From positions 992,001 to 1,056,000 of the forward strand of contig CAWGMQ010000004.1 in NCBI GenBank assembly GCA_963823665.1: a stretch of 64,000 bases of DNA, given 5' to 3'. The stretch's first letter is position 1, and every line of letters begins with the position of its first letter. Source of the DNA: an uncultured Planctomycetota bacterium. GTDB taxonomy: Bacteria; Planctomycetota; Planctomycetia; Isosphaerales; Isosphaeraceae. The translations under genes were made by a program, and so were the position numbers. The notes under the pieces were generated by a model. The model was not told the origin of the DNA, did no database searches, and saw only the letters and a list, made by a program, of their open reading frames with translations. Below are positions 53,246 to 61,900 of the stretch, in pieces.

Positions 53246-53261
53246 GGCAGGTACCTCCGAA

Positions 53262-56200
53262 CTATGAATGCGGCTTCGGGCCGGCTGGGTCTTCATCATC
53301 GGGATCGACGCTGGCGGACTCTCCATCCGCGGGCGGGAACGCGGCGTGCGACCCTTCGCCGGTCGTCGATGGGATCGGGTCGAAGTGAGCGCTCGCCGGA
53401 TCATCGGGATCGAGCGATGGCGATTGGCTCGAAGCGCGCCGCAAGAACAGAGTGAACACCGCCGGCAGGACCAGCAATGTGGCGACGGTTGCCAGGGCCA
53501 TCCCTCCGATCACAGCCCGCGCGAGCGGGGCATTCTGCTCGCTTCCCTCTTCCAATCCGAGCGACATCGGGATCATACCGGCGATCATGGCGCAGCCGGT
53601 CATGATGATGGGACGAAGCCTTCCCTTGGCCGCAGTTATGGCCGCGCGGTCGGCCGGCATTCCTTCTTCGCGGCGATGGCGGTCGGCGAAGCTGACCAGC
53701 ATGATCGCATTCGAAACCGCGACACCCACTGCCATGATCGCCCCCATGAATGACTCGATGTTGAGCGTCGAGCGCGTCAGCGCGAGGGCCAACACCACAC
53801 CAGCGAGGACGGCCGGCACCGAAGCCACGGCGGCCAGGGCCAGCCGCGCTTCCTGGAAGTATGCGGTCAACATGATCAGGATCACGACCACGGCCACGAG
53901 GAGACCTCTCACGAGGGACCAGATCATATCTTCCATGGGCCCGACCTGGCCGCGGAGCTCGACCTCGGTTCCCTTGGGAGGCTGGCCGGCGCGGATGATG
54001 GCGGCGTGCAGACGATCGATCACCCGGCCCAGGTCCTGGCCTTCGATGTTGGCGGTGAGGCTCAAATAGCGTTTCATGTTGTAGCGGTCGACCTCACCGA
54101 TCATCTCGCCGCGCATGACGCGGGCGACGTCGCGGATCAAGAGCGGCGGCTTGGGGGTGGATGGGGTGCCCGCGGCTTGCTCGGCGTGATCGCGGCCGGC
54201 CTGGGGGAGGAGCGGCACGAGCTCGACATCGGTCGCGTCGGTCATTCTGGGCGGCGGCACCTGCACCTGCACCTGGTATGAGTTTCCGCTCACGTCGTCG
54301 CGCCAGAAGATTCGCGTGGTGTAGCGGCTCGAGTAGGTGGCGGCGATCAACGATTGGCCGATGTCGCGGGCGGTGACGCCGCTCAAGCCGGCTCGCTCGC
54401 GGTCGAGTGTAACCTGGACGGTCGGGTAATGCAGCGACTGCTGGAGCTGGACGTCTCGCAGGGATTCGATCCGGTCGAATTGTTCCCGCAGCCTATCCAT
54501 ATAGGTACTTGCCTCGGCGAGGTTTCGGCCGGTCACCACGACCTCGATCGGCGCAGGTGCCCCCAGGCTCATCGTTTCGGAGATCAAGTCGCCCGGCTCG
54601 AAGGCGAAGACCATGTCGGCCACTCGCTGGTCGGCCTGTTCGGCCGTGAGCCCCAGTTGGAGCAGCTCCTGACGGAACCAGGCGCCGACCTTCGTCGGCA
54701 GGGCCTTGCGCAGCCGCTCTTGAAGCTCGAATATGTCGACCTTGCTGCCTTCGCGCAAGGCGACCCGCAGCAGGCTGTCGTCGGAACCACGGCTCCAAAT
54801 GTAGGCCGTGTTGATCGCGAAGTTCGGCGGGTTGCCGCCGGCGTAGCCCATCGTGACCTTGACCTTGTCGGGCCCGGCTTCCTCGGCGATGACGTCGAGG
54901 GTCTTTTGCGCCATCCGCGTGGTGAGCTCGTAGTGGGTTCCCTGCGGCGGCCGAGCGCGAAGCTGGAACTGGCCGGTGTCGACTCTGGGGAAAAGCTCGC
55001 GGCCGAGCCTGCTGCCGACGAGGACCACCACGGCGCCGGTCGCGAGCAAGTAAGCCAGAGCGACGATGAACCCATGCGCGACCGTCCATGAAACCAGCCG
55101 CTGGTAGTGATTCAGCATCCGCTCAAAGAACCCCGGGGGCCCAGACGCCGCGTGCGCGCCGTGGCGGTTCTCGAGCAGCCAGACGGAGAGGACCGGCACG
55201 AACGTGCTCGAAAGCAGGTACGATGTGACCATCGCTCCGCCGACGGCCAGCGAGAGTGGCACAAACAGCGCGCGCACGGCGCCATGCATGATGAACGAAG
55301 GAATGAACACCGAGAGGATGCAGAGGAGCGCCAGCAGACGCGGGACCGCAGTCTCCATGTTCCCCTGGCGTACGGCGCGCGACATCGACTTGGTGTGTTC
55401 CATCTGGGTGTGAATGTTCTCGATCTCGACGGTCGCTTCGTCGACCAGGATGCCAATCGCGAGGGCAAGACCACCGAGCGTCATGATGTTGATCGTGTTG
55501 CCGGTCAAGTTGAGCACGATGATCGAGCCCAGGAGCGCCAGGGGAATATTCAGCACCACGACAATCACGGCCCGCAGGTCGCGGAGGAACAACAGCACCA
55601 TGAGTCCGGTCAACCCGGCGCCCAGGGCCCCCTCGACACCCACGCTCTCAATCGCGCGATAAACGATGGGCGACTCATCGAACTGGAACGAGATCTTCAC
55701 GTCGTCAGGAAGCGCAGCCTGGAAGCGTCCCATGTTCTCCTTGATCGCATTGACGACTGAAAGCGTCGAGGCTGAGGCTTGCTTCACGACCGGCAGGAAG
55801 ACCGACTTGCGTCCGTTGACGAGCGAGTATCCGACCGGAACATCGGTCGCGTCAGATACAGTTCCCACGTCTCGCACGTACACGTTCTCTCCGAGTTTGA
55901 GCGGGACGTTGCGCAGCTCCTGGGGGTCGACGACCATCGTGTTCGAGGGCACGATTGTCAACTGGTCCTTGATTGCCACATTGCCGGACGGGCTGATGAA
56001 GGTGCCGCGGTCGATCGCGTCGACCACGTCCTGCGGCGACAGGTTGTAGGAGCGCAGCCGGTCGGGATCGACGTTGACGACGATCGATCGGATATTGCCA
56101 CCAAAGGGCGGAGGCGACGAGATGCCTGCCAGTCCGGAAAACATCGTCCGGACCCGGAATAGGGCGAGGTCGTTGAGCTGCCCTACAGAGCGAGTTTCAC

Positions 56201-56633
56201 TTTCGAAGACGAGGTATCCGACGGGCAAGCTTCCGGCATCGAGGCGAATGACGTACGGAGGCAGCGACCCGGTCGGCATGATCGAGAGAGCGCGGTTGCA
56301 GTAGGCGACGGTCTGGGCGGTCGCTTCGGCCATGTCGGTGCCGGGCTGGAAGAAGAGCTTGAGCATCACCATGCTCTGGATCGAACGAGACTCGACGTGC
56401 TCGAGGTTGTTGATGTACTGAAAGAAGAGCTCGTACTGGTTGGTGATCAAGCCCTCGATCTGCTTGGGATCCATGCCGCCGTAGTTGTGAATCACGTACA
56501 GGATCGGCTGGTTGAGCGCAGGGAAGATGTCCTTCTGCATCTGGAAGATGCTGTACACGCCGCCCAAGCCCAGGGCCAGCACGAGCATCATCACGGTTAC
56601 CGGGCGGCGGAGCGCGAAGACAATCGGGTTCAT
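53262..56633 (-). CDS. RND efflux transporter permease (full length)
   Basis: FALRRP, NIMTLGGLALAIGILVDEATVEIEN and RLRPIIMT motifs. Confidence 0.95.
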   Translation of the reverse strand: MNPIVFALRRPVTVMMLVLALGLGGVYSIFQMQKDIFPALNQPILYVIHNYGGMDPKQIEGLITNQYELFFQYINNLEHVESRSIQSMVMLKLFFQPGTDMAEATAQTVAYCNRALSIMPTGSLPPYVIRLDAGSLPVGYLVFESETRSVGQLNDLALFRVRTMFSGLAGISSPPPFGGNIRSIVVNVDPDRLRSYNLSPQDVVDAIDRGTFISPSGNVAIKDQLTIVPSNTMVVDPQELRNVPLKLGENVYVRDVGTVSDATDVPVGYSLVNGRKSVFLPVVKQASASTLSVVNAIKENMGRFQAALPDDVKISFQFDESPIVYRAIESVGVEGALGAGLTGLMVLLFLRDLRAVIVVVLNIPLALLGSIIVLNLTGNTINIMTLGGLALAIGILVDEATVEIENIHTQMEHTKSMSRAVRQGNMETAVPRLLALLCILSVFIPSFIMHGAVRALFVPLSLAVGGAMVTSYLLSSTFVPVLSVWLLENRHGAHAASGPPGFFERMLNHYQRLVSWTVAHGFIVALAYLLATGAVVVLVGSRLGRELFPRVDTGQFQLRARPPQGTHYELTTRMAQKTLDVIAEEAGPDKVKVTMGYAGGNPPNFAINTAYIWSRGSDDSLLRVALREGSKVDIFELQERLRKALPTKVGAWFRQELLQLGLTAEQADQRVADMVFAFEPGDLISETMSLGAPAPIEVVVTGRNLAEASTYMDRLREQFDRIESLRDVQLQQSLHYPTVQVTLDRERAGLSGVTARDIGQSLIAATYSSRYTTRIFWRDDVSGNSYQVQVQVPPPRMTDATDVELVPLLPQAGRDHAEQAAGTPSTPKPPLLIRDVARVMRGEMIGEVDRYNMKRYLSLTANIEGQDLGRVIDRLHAAIIRAGQPPKGTEVELRGQVGPMEDMIWSLVRGLLVAVVVILIMLTAYFQEARLALAAVASVPAVLAGVVLALALTRSTLNIESFMGAIMAVGVAVSNAIMLVSFADRHRREEGMPADRAAITAAKGRLRPIIMTGCAMIAGMIPMSLGLEEGSEQNAPLARAVIGGMALATVATLLVLPAVFTLFLRRASSQSPSLDPDDPASAHFDPIPSTTGEGSHAAFPPADGESASVDPDDEDPAGPKPHS

Positions 56634-56780
56634 TCAGATTCTGCCCGCGGGACGATGGAACCAAAACGGGAGCGGATCGCTCTATCAGGGGTCTCACTTT
56701 AGCAGAAGGAGTGCCGGTTCTCACGCATCGCTTTTCGCGCCGGACGGGCGCGTGCGTTCAATCGAGGAAATACTCCGACG

Positions 56781-58430
56781 TCAGGGCGATGGCGGCCGCG
56801 GTGGGGCCGCACCCTCCGGCGGCGGGGTCGATCCAGCCGGGCCGTGAGCGATCGGGGGCTGAGGCGGGTGCCACTGGAGGGACGTGACCCACTGCGCCGG
56901 CTGGCCGAGCGCCCGGTAGAGATCGAACTGGGCCGTGTTGTACTCGTTCACGGCCTGCGCGTATTGTTCATACGCCGTCTCGAGCGCGATGATGGCGGCG
57001 ACGACTTCTTGAGGACGGATGATCAACCGCAGCAGCTCGCCCGCCGGACGCGCCGTTTCGCGCAGCCCGATGAAGTTCTTGTCGGCCGATTCGATCGCCT
57101 GGCGCACGCCCTCGGCCGTTTCCACGACCCGCACCCGCGCGGTCTGTAATCGGGCCACGGCCTGCGCGACGTCGGCCTTCACTCGGAAGATGGTGCGCGT
57201 GAACTCGATCGCGGCGAGGTCGCGATCGGCCCGCTGCTCGCGAATCCGGCCGATGTTCCCGATCCCCAAGTTCTGCAACTGCCAGACTGCGGACAGATCG
57301 ATGGATTGGCCGGACCCGCTGGTGTTGATCTGCGCATTCGGGCCGGCTGAGAGGTTGCCCGCCGCCAGCAGCCCGGTCGTTGTCGTCGGGCTGGTGATCA
57401 CGAGGTTTGGGAGGAAGGGACGCTTCTGCTCGCGCCGCAAGAGGTCGGCGGCCGCGGCGACGAGCTCGCGGCGCGATGTGATTTCGGGCCGGTTATTGAC
57501 GGCGACGGGCACCAGCTCCTTGGCCGACTGGTCGCAAGAGATGAGGTTGATCTGCAAGAAGGGCGGTTCCATGGGCTCGAGCAATGTGTCGGGCTCGAGC
57601 AACAGAACCTCAGCCAGGCGGGCGCTCGCCACTCGCCAGTCCCGAATGGCGACCTGCTGGGTTTGCCGCAAGCTTTGAAGCTCGGCCTGGGCGCGGTTGA
57701 TTTCCAGCGGGGCGATCAGGGCCGGCGCGAGCCCCTTGGTGAAATTGACCAGCAGCTCGGCCCGCGCAATCGTTGCCACCACGCCCAATAGCCGCCCGCG
57801 CGCTGACTGGAGGTCGAAGAACGTTTGCGAGACGGTGAACAAGATGTCGTTCCGAGCGGTCTGTACATCGGCCTGGCGTGCGGCGACCACGCGCCGAGCC
57901 GCCAGCGGATTGAAGATCGCATCCGTGAGCCCGACGAACAGGCTTGGCCCTCCGCCCACAAATATGGACTGGCGATCTTTCTGGAACAGATTACCTTGAA
58001 AGAGGTTCTGCGCGACGCCGTCGTGCCTGAAATAATCCATGCCTGCATTTAAAGTTGGAATCAAGAGTGCTCTGGCCTGAAGCTGCAGGGCCAGGGATTG
58101 CCGCACCTGGACGATCGCTGCTTCGATGTCGAGCGGGCGCACCCCTGCAAGCTGCATGGCCGTCGCCAGGTTGATCGGCAGTCCCCGCGGGGTTTGGGCA
58201 TCCATGCCTCCCACGGGCAAGCCCACCTCGGCCGGGCCGGGGATGGGTTGCGGAGCGAACGGCATCTGCTGCTCGAGACTGCCCGCCGGCTGTCCGGCGG
58301 GGGCGATCGCTTGCGACCGGAATTCCAGGGGCGGCGGCAATGGCGCGGTCTGAGCGTGGACGTTTCCGCCGGCGAGCACCGCCGCGAGAACAATCTGCAA
58401 AAGCCAGCGCCCAAACGCGTTCCCCCGCAT
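56781..58430 (-). CDS. TolC-family outer membrane factor
   Basis: Signal peptide, INLATAMQLA and YNTAQFDLYRALG; GGAGGAG RBS; first gene of the RND operon. Confidence 0.88.
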   Translation of the reverse strand: MRGNAFGRWLLQIVLAAVLAGGNVHAQTAPLPPPLEFRSQAIAPAGQPAGSLEQQMPFAPQPIPGPAEVGLPVGGMDAQTPRGLPINLATAMQLAGVRPLDIEAAIVQVRQSLALQLQARALLIPTLNAGMDYFRHDGVAQNLFQGNLFQKDRQSIFVGGGPSLFVGLTDAIFNPLAARRVVAARQADVQTARNDILFTVSQTFFDLQSARGRLLGVVATIARAELLVNFTKGLAPALIAPLEINRAQAELQSLRQTQQVAIRDWRVASARLAEVLLLEPDTLLEPMEPPFLQINLISCDQSAKELVPVAVNNRPEITSRRELVAAAADLLRREQKRPFLPNLVITSPTTTTGLLAAGNLSAGPNAQINTSGSGQSIDLSAVWQLQNLGIGNIGRIREQRADRDLAAIEFTRTIFRVKADVAQAVARLQTARVRVVETAEGVRQAIESADKNFIGLRETARPAGELLRLIIRPQEVVAAIIALETAYEQYAQAVNEYNTAQFDLYRALGQPAQWVTSLQWHPPQPPIAHGPAGSTPPPEGAAPPRPPSP

Positions 58431-58914
58431 TATCTCCTCCGGGTCGTTACGATCGGGATACTCGCCAGTTGTGTGACTTTTCCGTTCAGGCTGAGTTTGC
58501 CGATGCACGCGAAGCGAAAGGCAATGCCGGATAATCCGCCATCATTATCGGCCGGTGGCAAGCACACGGCTTGAGAGTATTCGTGCAGACACGGCGCAAG
58601 TCTCAAGCGGCGAGCTCAAAGAGCCCTCAACCGGCAAGACAAACTTCGTGCGCCGCGCCCTTGTTAGATTGGATTGCCGGCCCGCCGGGACGAGGAGAAC
58701 TGTTTGTCGGATGCGAGCCTCTGCTTGCTTGCGTGCCTGACAGCTTTTTCGGAGACTGACGGTTACTCGAAAGCCCGGTTGGCTTGTCATTGTGAGGGTT
58801 TTCTCTCACGTAGTTTATTCCAGAACATCGGGGAGTTTTCGAGCTATTTCTGAAGATTAGACTTTCGGGCTCCCACAGATCATTCTGGTGCCCATCACTG
58901 GATCGTAGGCCGAG

Positions 58915-61900
58915 ATGAGCGAGCACGTCTTGGTGGACGAGAGTTTGGTCGGCCGGCTACCCCTTCCCTTGGCCCAGCTTGCGCGGCGGGTCCCGAACGC
59001 GAAAACTGCACTGGAGCGACACCTCGCGGCTTACCTCCTCTGGGAAGCGGGGCTAAAGCTGCTGGCCTCTGTCGCCATCGTGGAATATGCCGAGCGCCAG
59101 GACCCCGACGCCGCGCTGGCCGAACGTCTGCAGCACCTGGCGCGGCCGTCGCTCGGCCACTGGTGGGAGTTCGCGCGGCGGCTCCTTCCGGTGCTGGCTG
59201 AAGGGGATGACGAGGGCTTCCGAGCAGTCCGGGACCTGCTGCTGGGACGTACCCGCGACGATCTGCCTCGCGCCGCCGGGCTGGACGCGGCATTACTGGG
59301 AGCACTTGGAGAACGCGGCACCGCGCGTAGCACGGTTCGTCTGACCGAATTGTTCGATCGGATGGTCAGCTACCGCAACCGCGAGCTTGGCCACGGCGCG
59401 GCTGGGCAGCGGGCACCGGATTTCTACGATCGCATGGCTCGTGCGCTCTTGGCCGGGGTGTCGGAGGTGTTTGATCGACTGGATGTTCTGGCCGGTCGCC
59501 AGCTCGTCTATGTCGATGACGTCCGCCGGCTCGCGTCAGGTGACTGGCTCGTCGACCGTTACGAGTTGATCGGCGAATCGGCGAGACGGATCGAGTCGAT
59601 AACGGTGCCGGACGCGCAGTCCGCCACGTTGCCGTGTCCGCACCGAGTCTACCTCGAGCACCGGGGCGGGGCGTCCAGCACGCGTCGCTCGCTCCATCCT
59701 CTCGTTTGCTACCAGCTCGAAACCGGAAAAGTTTTCTTCTTGAACGGCCGCCGCGGCAAGCAGCGCGCTGAGTACCTCTGCTACGACGACGGAGACTTGC
59801 TGCGCCTTGATCTCGGTGCGGACCACCGGTCGCTGCTCGCCGGCGTACTCGGCCGGCCAGTCGACAGCGAGCTCGCCGCCCGATGGGCGACCGAGAGTAC
59901 GGCGGAGGACCCGCCCGAGGACCTCCCGCGGGCTCCACTTACCGAACGCACAGTCGGCGAGTTCGAGCTGCTGAGCCGGCTCGGCCGAGGAGGGATGGGC
60001 GTCGTGTACCGCGCCTGGCAGCCCTCGCTTTGCCGGCAGGTGGCGATCAAGTGCATGCTCCGGAGCGGCGACCCCAAGGCCGAGGCCCGGTTCGCCCGCG
60101 AGATCAGGGCGCTGGGGCGGGTCGAGCACGCCAACCTCGTGAAAGTTTTTACGTCCGGCTCGGAGGGCGACCAGTGGTTCTATGCCATGGAGCTGGTTGA
60201 GGGCGCCGAGCTTTCCGGCATCTGCGAACAGCTCGCCGGTCGCGAAGCCTCGGCCGTCGACGAATCGACCTGGCGCGATGCCTTGTCGTCGGCCCACGCC
60301 AAGGCCCGCTCGGGCGAGACCCCCCTGAGCGACGAACGGCGCGGTGCTTCTTCCGCTCTCGCTGACGAACCGCCACCCGCCGATTCCCCAGGCGCCGCCT
60401 CGCTCAATCTGCCCGCTCCCGGCGGCCGAGGCTATGTCCGCCGCGTCGTCGAGATCGTCGAGCGGGTTGCCGACGCTGCCCACGCCCTGCACGAGGCGGG
60501 TGTCGTTCACCGTGACATCAAGCCCGGAAATGTGATGATCACGGCCGACGGGCACACGCCGGTACTCATGGACCTCGGGCTGGCGCAGGTCGCCGACGAG
60601 ACCGAGGGCCGGATCACGCGCACCCGCCAGTTCATCGGCACGCTCCGATATGCCAGCCCTGAACAGATCCTTGCTGCCGGACAGGTGGACCGCCGCTCGG
60701 ATGTCTACAGCCTGGGCGCGACGCTCTGGGAGCTGCTCACTTTGAGGCCGCTTTTTGGAGCGACCGACGAAACACCCAGCCCTAACCTCATGCTCGACAT
60801 CCAGTCGAAGACTCCTGAGAGTCTCCGGAAGTACAACCCCCAGGTGCCCCGTGACCTTGAAGCCTGCGTGCTCAAGTGCCTCGAGAAGGACCGCGGCCGC
60901 CGCTATGCGACCGCCGCCGATCTCGCGGCCGACCTGAACAGGTTCCTCCGCGGCGAGCCGGTCGCTGCGCAACCGCCGAGCCTCGGCTACCTGGCGACCA
61001 AGTTCGTCAAGCGTCACAAGCTGCCGCTGGCCTCTGCGGCGGCAGTCGTCTTCATGCTTGCAGCCGGCGGCGCGATCGCTTTCTACCGGATTAACGAGGA
61101 GCGGAAAGACGCATTACGCGCCCGCAACAGCGAGGCAAACGCCAGGATCGAGGCCCAGAACCGCGCCAGGGAATCGAGCGCGCTGGCCGTCAAGAATAAA
61201 GACCTGGCCGAGCAGGAAAGCAAGGCGCGGCAAAGCGCCGTTCATCAGCTTCGCCTCTCCCGGCTGACCGCCTATGACATGCAGCTCGACCGCGCCGGAA
61301 AACTCCTGACAACCGACCCGGCGGCCGCGGCCCGATTGCTCATCGACAATGAGCAGTGCCCCCCCGATCTTCGGGACTTCGCCTGGGGACGGCTGTTGTC
61401 GCTGGCCCGGTGCTCGACCTGGGTCATCCGCGCCGACGACTCCCCCGTCAATCGCGTCGCTTGTGCGCCCCACGGGTTTCTCTTTGCTTCCGCCGGCGCC
61501 GACGGGACCGTTCGCCTCTGGAGCCCCGCAGAATCTTTGCACAAAGCGACGAAGACCTTCTCAGGCCATGAAGGGGCCGTCTGGTCCGTCGCCATCTCGC
61601 CGGATGCCCGGACTGCCGCCTCTGCGGGTCGCGACGGCACTGTCCGCCTCTGGGATTTGATCAAGGGGCACGCCGGCGCCGTTCTGCGTGGTCACGTGGG
61701 GGACGTAGCCGACGTGGTGTTCAGCCCTGACGGCAAGTCCCTCGCATCGGGCGGGCGTGACGGCACCGTGCGCGTGTGGGACGTCAATCGCGGTGTGCCA
61801 GTTGTGACCTTGCGGAATGATGGGGCGCCGATCCTCGGCATCGCATTTTCCCCAGCCGGCGGGTCGCTGGCAGCCTCAGGAGCCGACCGGGTCGTTCGGA

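Noticed and set aside
59536..61017. 493-aa minus-strand ORF and similar long shadow ORFs (e.g. 6539..7975, 10905..12560, 30158..31840)
   Set aside because: They are antisense to clearly recognisable genes, as expected in high-GC DNA, and have no family motifs.
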